Of a stretch of 64,000 nucleotides of DNA, positions 16,095-32,864 are shown one piece after another. Where the stretch lies: assembly GCF_009914755.1 (NCBI RefSeq), contig NC_060936.1; one strand, given 5' to 3'. The stretch comes from the human T2T-CHM13v2.0 reference genome, Homo sapiens. Numbering within the stretch: the first letter of the stretch is position 1; every line of letters begins with the position of its first letter. A program made the translations under genes and the position numbers. The notes below the pieces were generated by a model. The model worked only from the letters and a program-made list of their open reading frames with translations. It made no database searches and was not told where the DNA came from.

Positions 16095-16704
16095 TGACAT
16101 GGTAGAGATTTATCCAATTCATATTAGATTGTTTTCTTGCCAAAACATTCAATTATCAGGAGGCCTCCATTTTCAGCAGCTGGGGATAATAAAACCATTA
16201 TATCTTCTATCAGCTAAGAAAGGAACCAGCTCTCAAGATCAAACTAAATCTCAAGAATCAAACTAAATTTACAATGCAAAGAGTTTATGCACATAAATTT
16301 GACTAGATCAAAACCAACAGACTACTGTAATCAACAAAGGAGGGCACTCTAGGAGCAAGCACACTGAAACAGATTATCAGACAATAGAGGTGCCTGGTTC
16401 ACAGTAGACCAGAAAGTCAGGGTGGGAAGAGGCCTGGGACAAAAGTAAAGAAAATTCTGCCAGGTCTTTGGCACTGACATTAAGAAAGGTCATAGTGCAG
16501 TTTATTTCCCTTACAAACTGGAAAAATACTCTTTTATCTCAAATTTTGCCTTTAGAAACTTGTTATTAATATTTTAGCCCAATAAAATAACAAGAATTTC
16601 CAAAACAATGCAAACGCTGTAATTGCCTTGCTTAGCTACATATGCAAATCACTGAATTGAACTAAAAAAAAAGTTCACAATTTAAAAACAACAACACAAA
16701 ACCA

Positions 16705-18250
16705 AAACAAAAGAAGCAAGAAGCTAAAGAAAAACAAAGATAAGCTGAATTAGAAGCTACTCAATTAGCAAAGGAGAAAGAACTTATAATTAGACAACAA
16801 GTATTACTGGCAAAGAAAGAAAAAGACATCCAAAAAAAAAAACATTACAAAGAAATGGTAAGCTAGGTGGGTGACATACGCCTATACTTCCAGCTGCTTG
16901 GGAGGCTGAGGCAGGACTGCTTGAACCCAGGAGTTCGAGGCTGTAGTGGCTATGATCGTGCCTGTGAATAGCCACTGCACTCCAGCCTAAGCAACATAGT
17001 AAGACCTTGTCTGCTAAAAAAAAAAAAAAAGAAGAAAGAAAAAGAAAGAAAGGCAAAAACTTCGAAACTCATCTAAGATCTGGAATCACTTTTCCAACAA
17101 TGAGGCAGGGTGGGTTAAAATGATGGAAGAAGGCCAGGTGTGGTGGCTCATGCCTGTAATCCTATAACTTTGGGAGGCCAAGGTGGAAGGACTGCCTGAG
17201 GCCAGGAGTTCAAGGCTGCAGTGAGTTATGATGGCACCAGTGCACTCCAGCCTGGGTGACAGGGGGAGACCCTGTCTCAAAAAAGAAAAAAAAAAGAAAT
17301 GATGCAAGTAGAAAAACTTTGTAATCAGCTTGAACTAGAAAGCTTACAGTAGTTGAATGAAACACATCATCTACAAAAGAAGTAGGAATGGCTGCTCTGG
17401 AAAAACAGAAGAAATAAATGAACAAATTACGAAGGAGAAACAGGAAGGTGGGGCTCGTATGTAATAAGCATCTAAGAATGCAGAGAAATAAACTGGCAGA
17501 GGTGGAAATGGCAGCAACAACTGGTAAGAAGATGATCTGCAGCTACAAGTTAAAGCTATGAATCTCTTCCCTGCTGGTATGAATTCAAGATGGGAAGTTG
17601 GTAAGTTATTGCTAATTACATCAACATACATTCTTCTACTGATGTCAAGACAACCACCAAAGGTGTTACTGGCAAAGCAAAGAGCCTCCAAAAATTGGAC
17701 CCTCATCAAAAAGATGACAAACAAAAAAGGCTTTTGATAAACTTTAAAAAGAACATTGCCTCAAGCAGACAATGAAACACCTTCAGAATGATTTTACAGT
17801 CCATGCACCCACTTCACCCCTTGGAGAACGAACAGAAGCTTTTTGAACAAGCTTTGAAAACACACCCAGTCAACACACCTGAAAGATGAGAGAAAACAGC
17901 ACAAACTGCCAGTACCTGGCAGGACAAAGAAAGGCTGCATGAAAAGATGCAAGGAACTTGCCAAGATGGTAAAAGCAAAGAAAGCTGCTCAAGAGCAAGT
18001 GTTGGCTGGGCGCGGTGGCTCATGCCTGTTATCCCAGCACTTAGGGAGGAGGAGGTGGGAGGATCACTTGAGGCCAGGAGTTCAAGACCAGCCTAGTAGT
18101 GAGACCTTGTCTCTAAAAATAAATAAATAAAATAAAATAAATAAAAAGAGCAAGGGTCGAATGCAGATAGAGTTAAGAAATGACTTAATCTTTATTGGGT
18201 GTGTACTTTTATAATAAAACTGAAAATACTGTGAAAACAAAACAACAAAT
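16705..18250 (+). pseudogene. 5'-truncated processed pseudogene of DNAJC2 (ZRF1/MPP11), C-terminal SANT region, split by three Alu monomers
   Basis: Degenerate, intronless translation resembles the DNAJC2 C-terminus: QEAKEKQR*AELEA..., [83 protein letters not shown]. The stop is TGA at 18181, followed by AATAAA at 18213-18218 and an A-rich tail. Many stops and frameshifts. Confidence 0.9.
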
Positions 18251-18449
18251 TCCAATTCAAAAAATTAACTATAAGTATCTCAGTTAACTAATATGAAAAA
18301 TATTCATAGTTTTAAAAAAATTCAGTGCCAGCTTATCAGATCTGATGTAATATCAGGATGCCATAAAATTTCAACCCACAACTTAGCAAAGAAAGAAACT
18401 ATTGATAAACACAACTACTTTAAGGAATCTAATGGCATTTTGTTGAGAG

Positions 18450-18750
18450 AAGCCAATTTCCAAGGGTTATGTTCTGTATGATTTCATTTCTGTGACATTC
18501 TGGGAAAAAAAAAAAACTATGGTAATGGAGAATAGATCAATGGTTACCGGGGTTTAGGGGTAAGGGGAGGTAGGGTCTGACTACACAGGGATAGTATGAG
18601 GGAGTTTTTTTGGGGGGGTTGAAGGAATTGTTCCCAGTTGTGGTGGTGGTTACATGAATTAATAACATGTTAAAATTCATAGAACTACACACCTCCCAAA
18701 AAAGGCCAGTTTGACTGTATAACTTTAAAGATTAAATAAAAGGAAAAAAA
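18450..18750 (+). mobile_element. Old L1M (L1MC/ME-type) 3' UTR fragment
   Basis: tgtatgatttcatttctgtgacattctgggaaaa...gaatagatcaatggttacc...aaaattcatagaactacacac. Confidence 0.7.
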
Positions 18751-18854
18751 TTCCAACCAGACTATAGTTGTATTCAACTAGATATCACTGGGTAAAGATA
18801 TATTGAAAATAATATCATTAAAAATAAAAATTAGAGGTATTTTTTACTGAGGTG

Positions 18855-18933
18855 CTTCTTTCTTTCTTTCTTTCTTCCTTCCTTCCTTCCTTCCTTCCTT
18901 CCTTCCTTCCTTCCTTCCTTCCTTCCTTCCTTC

Positions 18934-19004
<71 letters not shown>

Positions 19005-19040
19005 TCCTCTCTCTCTTTCTTTCTTTTTTTTATTTTTTTT
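18855..19040. repeat. Compound (CTTT)n/(CCTT)n microsatellite grown from the tail of a minus-strand AluJ (19030-19322)
   Basis: Direct reading of the tandem tetranucleotides. Confidence 0.97.
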
Positions 19041-22000
19041 TTGACGGGGTCTCACTCACCCAGGCTGGAGTACAGTGGTGCAATCTTAGCTCACTGGAGC
19101 CTCAAGCTTCCCAGGCTCAGGTGGTCAATCATCCCACCTCAGCCTCCTGAGTAGCTGGGACTAGAGGCATGTGCCACTATGCAGCTAATTTTTTGTATTT
19201 TTTGTAGAGATGGGGGTCTCCCTACATTGCCCAGGCTAGTCTTGAACTCCAGAGCTCAAGCGATCTGCTTGCCTCAGCCTCCCAAAGTGCTAAGAGTATA
19301 GGCATGATCCACTGCGCTCAGCTACTTACTTAGTTTTTAATACAACCACATCAAACAAATAATGATTGATTAAATGTCCTTCACCATCAAGTAATATAAA
19401 ACTGTATTTCCCTACCCTTTTATTTAGATTCACCAAACACACATTACCTTTTTATTTTTCAGATGGCAGCAGATAAAATAACTCAAGTTCCTTAAAAAAT
19501 GATCACATTTCAAGGGCAACCACCTGCCTTGAAGCTGTTATCAAACTCAAGAAAGTCATACTGCCTATTTTCATTTGTTTTTTAGTGCTATTACCCCCAA
19601 AAATCAGTAACCAGCCTCCACTATTACAATCAATAAAGATTACTGAAATATTTTTCAATGATATGAAAAACTGCAAAATTTTAACTTTGATCATCTTCCC
19701 AGTCATAAACATCTAAACAAATAATAAAGTTTTTGGCACTTTAAAAAAGCTTTTCAGTATTGTTATTTCTTCCACCCAAAACAACTCTTTTATATAAAAT
19801 ACCTACCTATGTACTCAACATACATTTTTATTTATGGTACACCAATCATCTACTTATGTTATATGAAGCAACTACTAAAAAAATTCAATATAGTCTTTTA
19901 TTGAACTCAAATGATGAACAACTCAGTAACATAAAACAGGGCTATTTATTTTTATTATTAAACATGAGTACTTCTGAAATATGACATTTCATGGTACATA
20001 AAATGATGTGTATGACAAAATCTGTTGCTAACTCCAAATATTAACTTAATATAGCTTAGAAAAATGACATAATATACTCTGCATTTTTCTGACCATTCTA
20101 TTTTTACAAGTACTCCAGTTATATTTAGCATTCAATTTAAAAGACAAGTGCACTGAAAGAATTTGAGTTATAATATAATTAACCAAATATTATATAACAT
20201 ACACACTTAAATGACTGTTGTGTTTATTGATTTAGCAGTATCTAAAGCACACTATGCTTTCAGAAATCCATTAGGCTACTCAGCGTTATCCATTTCAGGG
20301 GCCCCTTATGAAAACTCAGAACTGTTTGCTATGCCACTGTTTTTTCAGAATTCTAAAGTTTGAAGGTCATGGCCTAAAATCATTTTATAAAAAGACATCA
20401 TACCTTTGGGTTTTTGTAAGTCAGCTATGGCATATCTATTCTGGTACTTATGAATATTAAATGATTTGTCTCAGATCCTCACATAAAACCACTGCTCTTG
20501 ACCAAAATGTCATTAGAAATTAATATTTTTCTCTTTAAAAAAGTGGAAAGCTATTTAAGGAAAAGGGAATATCCCTGTCATCCTTAATCAGAAGTGTTAC
20601 TAACTGTACTTTGGTGATAATGCTAACGTTACCCTAATTAAGGGAGTGACTGCCAAAGTAACTCACAGCCTTCATGTATTTTTTTTAATCACACATAACA
20701 TATGTGTTTTGTTGCCGTTTTTTTTTTTTTCTTTTGAGACAGGTTGACTCCAGCAGCCTTGCTCTGTCACCCAGGCTGCTGGAGTGCAGTGGAACGATCA
20801 TGGCTCACTGCAGCCTGAGCCTCTCAAGTAGCTGGAACCACAGGCCTGCACCACCACACTCGGCTAATTTTTTGTATAGACAGGGTCTCGCTATGTTGCC
20901 CAGGCTAGTCTCAAATTCCTGGGCTCAAGCAATCCTCCTGCCTCGGCCTCCCAAAGTGATGGGATTGCAGGCATGAGCCACCGCACCTGGCCAACATAAG
21001 TGTTTTTAAACTAAGGAAACAGTCATTCTGGAAAGTCTAATTGAATGTGGGTAAAATATTCTTTGCTGGCCAAATCTGGCTTTGAACAAGACTACAATAT
21101 CTGATAGAAGAACAGAGTGGTCAGGCCAGCTGTGATGGCTCACGCCTGTAATCCCAACACTTTGGGAGGTTCAGGTGATCTTGAGGCCAGGAGTTTGAGA
21201 CCAGCCTGAGCAACATGGCAAGACAGTCTCTACAAAATAAAAAATAATTAGCTGGGTGTGGTGGCATGCACCTATAGTCCCAGCTACCTAAAAGGCTGAG
21301 GCAGGAGGATTGCTTAAGCCCAGGAGTTCAAGGCTGCAGTGAGCTATGATTGCACCACTGCATTCCAACCTGAGTGACAGAGTGAGACCCTGTCTCAAAA
21401 ACAAAAACAAAAACAAAAAAAACAGATGATCAATCAGATCATTTTAGCCAATTTACTAATTTATTTCCATTTTTTTCTGGGAAAATACTGGACAACAGAT
21501 ACCAGCCAGCCATGATGTGAAATGTGAAATGCCAACCTGCATTTCAAGTAAGTGTAGGAGTGAGGATAGGCATATAGACGCTTTTGAAGTTGTAGAGAAT
21601 ATTATATATACATATAAGGACATTAACTAGACTAATCATTAGCATAAACTACTATAATCCTGTAAGGATAAACATCGATTTCCATCTACTTTGCTGTTCA
21701 GAATAGCAGAGAGATAATTATTGAAAAGGGTCAAGTAAGAAGCTAAAATCATCTTCTCTCTTGTCTATACAAATATATATACAAATATATATTTGAGCAT
21801 ATTTCTGAAAGAAATAGAAATTATATTTCTAGGAATTTGTCCTAAAGCAATATTCTAGAAGTAAGAAATACACAGAGATATTCATTGCAGTATTGTTTAT
21901 TATAGTGGGAAAGGTAGAAGCAATCTCAATGTATAAAAGGGAAGTGTTGGGCCAGGCGCGGTGGCTCACGCCTGTAATCCCAGCACTTTGGGAGGCCAAG

Positions 22001-22992
22001 GTGGGCAGATCATGAGGTCAAGAGTTCGAGACCAGCCTGGTGAAACCCCGTCTCTACTAAGAATACAAAAATTAGCCGGGTGTGGTGGCGCATGCCTGTA
22101 ATCCCAGCTACTCAGAAGGCTGAGGCAGGAGAACTGCTTGAACCCGGGAGGTGGAGGTTGCAGTAAGCCAAGATCGTGCTACTGCATTCCAGCCTGGGCG
22201 ACAGAGCAAAACTCCATCTCGGGGAGGAGAAAAAAAGGAAGTGTTTAATTAAATTATAACATCTCAAAATGAAATATTAATGATTTTTTATTTATATTAA
22301 ATAAAACATTAAATTAAATTAAATCATTAAATAAAAAATTATTAAAACCACAATAGAAAGCAGTATAAAAATTGCATATGCCCTCTAATTAGGAGTCTGT
22401 AAAACACACTTGTTCAATTTTGAAATTAGTGTTTGTGAAAATAGAAACATGGATGTTATTTTTTCTCTGTTTCAAAAACAACAGACTAATGACAAGTTAC
22501 ATTGTTCATACAGAAGAAATGCTTAGAACATCTGAGTTTCCAAAGACAAAAAAAAGAAAAGCAGTCATAACTAGCACTGATAATTTTTCACACGCAAACG
22601 CTATCTTTCAATAACTGGTAGTCAAACAAATGGTGACACAAGTACCACAGGAAATGCTTTCCTTACATCAGTTCACTAGTCCCATCTGTTGTACTTTGGC
22701 AGCAGTTAATTTCAAATAATGTAGAGCTGATTATGTTCCTGGTTAGGACGGAAGACAGGATGGTAAATGGGAAAGACCCTGCAGATATTGGGAACTATCA
22801 ATGAACAATAAAACCTTTCAATTTCCAAAAGGAAATGATGTTTAAAACTCAGGGTCACTTGGGCTCTAAGCAGATGAATTATATTACTATACTCCCCGGT
22901 ATGGGACATTAACCAATTCAATTCATTATATGAACCTGTCAGCATAAAAGGAATTTATACTTGGATTATTTCAAAGGAGATCGACTGGCTAG

Positions 22993-23202
<210 letters not shown>

Positions 23203-24293
23203 TAGCTAATTTAAACATTTTTTAGAGGTGGGGTTTCACCATGTTGTCTAGGCTGATCTCAAACTCCTGGGGTTCAAGTGATCCTCCTGCCTCAGCCTCC
23301 CAAAGTGCTGGGATTACAGGCATGAGCCAGTATGCCCTGCCAATACAAAACTTTTAAGTAAAGGCAGAATACTGAAACCCTCTCAAATGTTAGAATAGAT
23401 GCTTAAACCTTTCTACAGATTTTTTTTCTACCATTTTTCACATAATGAAGACAGCAATCATAGCCAAATTGAATTGCATGTTGCAATCAACAAAGACTTG
23501 AAAAGCTCTCATGCGAGCCAAGTAAGTACATCATGATGGGAGGGTGGAATTCTCTCTTACTAAAGCCCAAATCCAGGGTGGATCACTTATCAATTAAATT
23601 AGACCCTGAAGCTGCACGACCTTATCCAACTTGGAAATATGTGTTTATTCAAACTCACTTTTCAACATCTCTTATTTGTAAAAAGGGTCTTAAACCTAAC
23701 TGAGAACGAGGATATTAAATTTCCACACTTTAATTCATGAGTTTTAGCCTCTAACTGGATGCCAAAACTGGAATGGACTCTGACTTCTTGCTAGATTTTT
23801 TAGTTTTGGCTAAGCCCTGCAAAACTTTCTCCAGCATATGGTGACTTTCCCAGATCTTCATATAACTGCTGGTGACAGCAGGATTGTCAGAATTGTGAGG
23901 ACTCCAATACATAAGAAATTACTGTTCAAATTCTTTTACCATGAAAGTTCCATCTTGTTGTGGCCCCTGCCCAGTTTTCATCTTTTGTGCTGTCCCTTTG
24001 ACCAGGGTTCTATTTTTCCATCTCCCTGCTCTTGTTGCCTGAATGCCTACCCGACTCAGTGTAAATCCTACCTTTCAAAATTCAGCCCTGCTCCATCAAG
24101 ACCTACTTTGAGAAACTCTGATTTCCTCTCTTTCTCTTCCCCTTTCCAAAACAGTTTCTCTGAGTTTTCACAGTACTGTATACATACTTCTTATCAGAAA
24201 GTCAGCTACAAACTATAAGGAAAAGTGTTTTAGCTGTTTTAATAAGAATGTATTGATTTGTTTTGGGTTTTTTGTTTTTTTTTTTTTTTTTAA

Positions 24294-24503
<210 letters not shown>

Positions 24504-24876
24504 TGAAGAGATCCGCCCACCTCGGCGTCCCAAAGTGCTGGAATTACAGGCATGAGCCACCACACTTGGCCTATTGATTTGTTTTTAATAAATGGTATCT
24601 CAGAGGCATCAAATCCATATCTAAAATTTTCTCCATGTTACAAAATCATTTTTTCATCAACATCAAATCTTGACAAAATAAATACAGATCATATACCTAT
24701 GCTTAGTAATTAACAGAATAGAATTTGGAGGTTGGGTACAGTGGCTCACGTCTGTAATCTCAATACTTGGGAAGGCCTAAGAGGTAGGATCGATTGCTTG
24801 AGCCCAGGAGTTTGAGACAAATCTGGGCAACATAGTGAGACCCCATCTCTACTTTTTTTAATAAAAATATTTTTTA

Positions 24877-25299
<423 letters not shown>

Positions 25300-25829
25300 C
25301 TAACTTTATCTGTTGCTTGAATTACATACTTAAAGACTAATATAGTGCAACATATTCACCAAATGCTTGGCATAAATATATTATGGTAAGAAAATCACTA
25401 TTGACAATTTTTAATACAAAACTATAACAAATTTAAAAAGGAAACTGAACAGCTCTGATACGTGTAACAGTTACCACACTCCACTATGATGTTATTTATT
25501 TACAGTTTGTCTTCCCTTTCAACTGTGAGCCCCAAAAGGGGGAGACCATGTCATACTCATGTTTGTGTCCCCAGAGCTGAGCACAGTGTCTGGCACATAA
25601 ATGTTTGATAAATTAATGAATGAGAAGATAAATAAATTCCAAGAATAATCCTCTTAGGGCTTACACCTGGTTTCCACTGTACATCTGAGTAATCCTCTCC
25701 CACTTGGACTAATTTTACTTTTGCCTTCTGGAATGATGGAAAATAATCCTCTCTCTTCCACATAAGAACCTTTTAATTAGATGAAGAAAATACATGTGGT
25801 GAGGGGGAGGGGACATCAGAATATGATTT

Positions 25830-26340
25830 AGGGCAGCTGTTCTCAATCCTGAATATTAGAATTGTTTTGACAGCTTTTAAACAAGAGTAGTGAGTTGGTC
25901 CCGCCCCGGTCTGGTTACCTCAGAATATGTGAGGATGGGGCCTAGGCATCGGTTTTTTTGTTCTGGTGTGTTTTGGTTTGTTTTGTTTTTTTTGAGATGG
26001 AGTCTCGCTGTATCACCCAGGCTGGAGTGCACTGGCATGATCTCGACTCATGCAACTGCCGCCTCCCGGATTCAAGTGATTCTCATGCCTCAATCTCCCT
26101 AGTAGCTGGGACTACAGGCACGTGCCACCACGCCCAGCTATTTTTTGCATTTTTAGTAAAGACAGGGTTTCACCATGTTGGCCAGGATGGTCTTGAACTC
26201 CTGACCTCAGGTGATCCTCCTGCCTCGGCCTCCCAAAGTGCTGGGATTACAGGCATGAGCCACCACACCTTGTCCAGCATCAGTTTTTAAAGCCCACAGG
26301 TGAATCCAATGTGCAGCCAAGATTTCAAACCACTGAGTTG
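25830..26340. mobile_element. MER5-family DNA transposon split by a minus-strand AluS (~25958-26275)
   Basis: cagctgttctcaa...ttagaat... resumes after the Alu as caggtgaatccaatgtgcagccaaga...aaccactg. TSD gcatc(g/a)gttttt. Confidence 0.7.
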
Positions 26341-26659
26341 GGGGAACTAGGTTCTATGCCAGCCTCTGCAAATAACTCTCCCTCCCCTTAGGCATTTTAC
26401 TTCAGGTCTCTCAGTCTGTATTTCCGCATCTATAAAACGAGGGTAGCACCTCCCTTCATTTTACACAGTTGTTAAAATCTAAGGAGATCATGTACAGTCA
26501 ATGCTCTGAAAAAGTTGAAATTGCTAAATAATTGTTATGACATTAAAGATACTCTTTCCATGTATAGACCAGATCACCAACAAGAAAGGGAATTTTTCCT
26601 GATGGTCATACAACAAAGACCTGACTAGATAAAAGCTGGGAGAGTCAGGGGTGGCATAA

Positions 26660-27070
26660 GCGAGGTTTGAGTTAAACACAAGCTTCACTTGAGCCAACAC
26701 TGTTTTCAAAAGCTAATGCAATCTTAGAATGCATCAGTAGAATTCCAGTGTCAGGGACAAGGGAGGTAATAATCCCATTTATATTCTGCAATGGTCAAAC
26801 TATAACTGGAATATCCTGTTCAGTTCCAAGTACCTCATTTTAAGAAGCCATTAAGAGACTAGAGTGTGTCCAGAAGAAGATGATTTGACTAATCTGGAAA
26901 TCATGTCACATGAAAAATGGTTAAGGAACTGGGGATGCGTGGCCTACAGAAGAGACGGGTGGGAAGGGGGAGCTGTCTTCCTAAGACTGAAGGGCTGTCA
27001 TGTGGAAGAGGAAGACCTATTCTCTATTATACCACAAGCAGAAATAGGAAGTTACTGGTATGCACAAAGC
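26660..27070 (+). mobile_element. L3/CR1 LINE fragment (3' end of RT region)
   Basis: aaaagctaatgcaatcttagaatgcatca...ctggaatatcctgttcagttc...tgtccagaagaag...ggttaaggaactggggatg...gaagggctgtcatgtggaagagg. Confidence 0.75.
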
Positions 27071-27589
27071 ATAATAAAGAACTTTGATAATATGTCACTC
27101 AAACAGTGTGCATCAAAATCCCTGGATGTGCTCACTTTATATAAAGATTCCTGGGGCAGGGCGCGGTGGCTCACACCTATAATCCCAGCACTTTCAGGGG
27201 CTGAGGCAGGTGGATCACCTAAGGTCGGGAGTTTGAGACCAGCCTGGCCAACCAACATGGTGAAACCCCATCTCTACTAAAAATACAAAAATTAGCCGGT
27301 CCTGGTGGTATGAGCCTGTAATCCCAGCTACTGGGGAGGGTGAGGCAGGATAATTGATCGCTTGAACCCAGGAGGTGGAGGTTGCAGTGAGCCAAGATTG
27401 TGCCACTGCACTCCAGCCTGGGTGACAGATTAAGACTCTGTCTCAAAAAAAAAAAAAAAAAAAAAGATTCCTGGAATCCATTTCTAAAGATTTTTCCAGA
27501 GGTCTAGGATATTGCCCTGGAATCTGCATTTAAGCAAGCTCCTTGGGTGACTTTACGGACTCCTTTTATAAAAAATAATATAATCTTTA

Positions 27590-28425
27590 TTAAAGATTTG
27601 TTGTAACATAATTCACGTACCATAAAATTCATCCACCTAAAATATAATTCAATGGCCTTTAGTATAATACATTCACATTTCAGAACATTTTCATCACACA
27701 CCCCCACCCTACTGCAAAAAAAAAAAACAAAAATCCTGAACCCATTAGCAGTCACTCTCCATTTTCCCCAAATCTCCCAGCCCTTGGCAACCACTATTCT
27801 ATTTTCTATATTTATAGATTTGCCTATTCTTTACATTTCATATAAATGGAATCATATTATGTGAGGTCTTTTGTAATTGGTCTCTTTCTCTCAGTATACT
27901 GTTTTCAAGGGTCATCCATATTTTAACATGTGTCAATATTTCATTCCTTTTATTGCTGAATAAAATTCCTTTGTATAGCTAGACCACATTTTATTTATCT
28001 ATTCATCAGTTGATGGACATTTTAATTGTTTTCATTTTCGGCTATTACGAATAATGCTGCTATGAACATTCATGCACAGGTTATACAGACATGTTTCCAT
28101 CCCCCTTGTGTAAATATCTAAAAATGGAACAGCCGAGTCACATGTTAACTCTATGTTTACCATCTAGAGGAAATGCTAGACTGTTTTCCTAGATGGCTGC
28201 ACCATTTTACATTCCCACTAGCAACACATGAGGATTTTAATTTCTCCACATCTTTGGTGCCACTTGTTATTATGTATTTCTGATTATAGTCATCCTAGTG
28301 GGTGTGAAGTGGTATGTTCATGTAGTTTTAACTTGCATTTCTCTAATGGGTAATGACGTTGAGCATCACATCTTTTAATGGGCTTATTGGCCATTTGTAT
28401 ATCTTCTTTAGAAAAAAAATTATCC
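27590..28425 (-). mobile_element. L1M (L1MB-like) 3' fragment
   Basis: atttcatataaatggaatcat...ttcatcagttgatggacatt...ggctgcaccattttacattcccactagcaa is the reverse strand of the L1 ORF2 end and 3' UTR. Confidence 0.85.
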
Positions 28426-28911
28426 ATTTTGAGAAACAATGATATTGCCAGATTAGTATGGACAATAGAGGCCAGACATGGTGGCTCATGCCTGTAATTC
28501 CAGCACTTTGGGAGGCCAAGGAGGGAGGACTGCTTGAGCCCACGAGTTCAAGACCGGGGCAACAGAGCAAAATCCCTGTATCTATTAAACAAACAAACAA
28601 AAAAAGCACAATAATGCAAGGGATAGAAAAACATCAAATGTTTAAGTCCACAAGTTCATACTCTTACAAAAAGGAAAATTATCACTAGAGGATGTTGGCA
28701 AACCAATTCATTATTTTGAAAATTGCTTAATATAAGGAGAAATGCAAACATTTATCCTGATTTCTCATATGTATTCTACACCTAGGTAAGCAAATGGCTG
28801 ATGAGAGAAAACTTCACTTTAAGTAAGTGGGGCCAGGTGCGGTGGCTCATGTCTGTAATCCCAGCAGTTTGGGACCCCAAGGTGGGTGGATCACCTGAGG
28901 TCAAGAGTTCA

Positions 28912-30745
<1,834 letters not shown>

Positions 30746-31145
30746 AAGTGTTCTAGTTAATAAGTGAAAGACAAACAATCATTGTTTTGCAATCTCTACC
30801 GATTTAATAGATTTAGGCAGTGAGCTTTAGCAGCTGCAAACATCACAAAAAGAGACAAGCAGACATTATGTGTGCACTGATGAAGTTATATACCATCACC
30901 CATGAAGAAGTCTTGGGAAAAAAAAAAATCAAACCTGAGTGGTACCAAATCACGGTCTAGAGATCCAAATATGAATTTACAGAAAATAGTGAACAAAGAA
31001 AAAATATATTAAACTATATCATGAGGATGAAATAAGCAAAATCTAGACTGCAGAAAACAAGACAAATAACCAATTTTCTTCGACAAATAAACTGCAAGGC
31101 AGAAAGTTTGTGTGTGGCGGGAAAGAATTATAGTTTAAAAAACAT

Positions 31146-31488
<343 letters not shown>

Positions 31489-32864
31489 TTATATTAAATA
31501 ATTATTGTTAATTTTAAAAGATATGATTGATTGTGGTTATGTTTTAAAAGGAGTACTCATCTTTTGATATATACTTAAATATTTATAGATAAGATAACAT
31601 GTAATGGATTTACTTCAAAGTAATATGGGAATAACATGGGAAAGAGAAAAGAAGGTAGAAGTACAAATGAAATAAGATTAGCCACGAGCTGATAATTGTC
31701 GAACTTGCTGATGGGTACATAAGGGTTTATTATGTGATTCACCTACTCTTACGTATTTTTACAATTTTCCAAATTTGTTATAATAAGTTTTTTAACAAAA
31801 GCTTGTCAAAAATGAAATAGGGTATATTGAATGATTATGATCACTGGCTGTGATCAAGAAGAAACTGATAGCCTTTCATGATAGTTCTTGTAATGTAAAT
31901 GACACACAAGAATTTTTTCTTCCAATGCTAGGAAGCTATTAAAATCAGCAGCGTTTTAAAACAGGCCTAGCTAAATCACCTCAATTCACCACTTAGTTTT
32001 GCAGATAGAAACTTTGAGACTCAAAACTGTTTATAAACAACTAATATTAATTCAGTTTCCTCAGAAGTAAATATATTTGTTTAAAAGACTTACCTCTAAG
32101 GCACACAAATTAATCAAATGAGAAAATGCATTTAAAACTTTTAAGTGTCAAATGCAATTCACCTCTAAGGTCCACTTACTGTTAGTATGAGCAATATTTT
32201 TATCATCAAATGATATACTTGATGAGACAAGGGGGTAATACATTTTCTGGGATTAACAACTAATATCTGTTCCCTCAAAATATATGCACAAATATACTAT
32301 CTAATTGAGCAGAAAGGTTAGCGTTATCAGAAAGAGAGAAACAGAAAAAAACTCTTACCAATCTATGTTTAGCCAAAAAAGATTTTGTATGATGGCATAG
32401 AGTAAAACTACAAGTAAACAAAACAGAAACAAAAGAGTATGACAATTCACGTAATGAGTACCAACAAATCACTGGATTATTTTCTAGAGAGAAGAAAGAA
32501 TATGTGCAGAAAATATTAACTGGTTGATGGATGAGGCAAGTGAAATAATAGTTATAATGCATTATCTACAACACATGCATAAACTTAACCAAATCCCTCA
32601 ACTTCATTACTATAGTATTCAACACTACAGTATTAACGGTTTTACTTTCTTATTAATGTACTCCATTATTTCTTGTTTTTGCATTCCAAACTAAATTTTT
32701 TAAAATTTGCACTAGTTTTACAGAATTGCTTAGTAAAAATCTCCTGCTGGAAAAATGTTGAAAGAATGTGGAGCAATTCTTTGACACTCCTGGTAGAAAT
32801 AGAAATTGGTTCAAAAACCTTGGAAATCAATGTGGCATTATCCGATTATGCTGAAAATGCATTA

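Noticed and set aside
18831-19154. KKERKKER / FLSFFLPS low-complexity ORFs
   Set aside because: Translations of the tetranucleotide microsatellite.
26864-27280. 138-aa ORF MCPEEDDLTNLEIMSHEKWLRNWG
   Set aside because: A decayed L3/CR1 RT remnant running into MER5 and Alu sequence.
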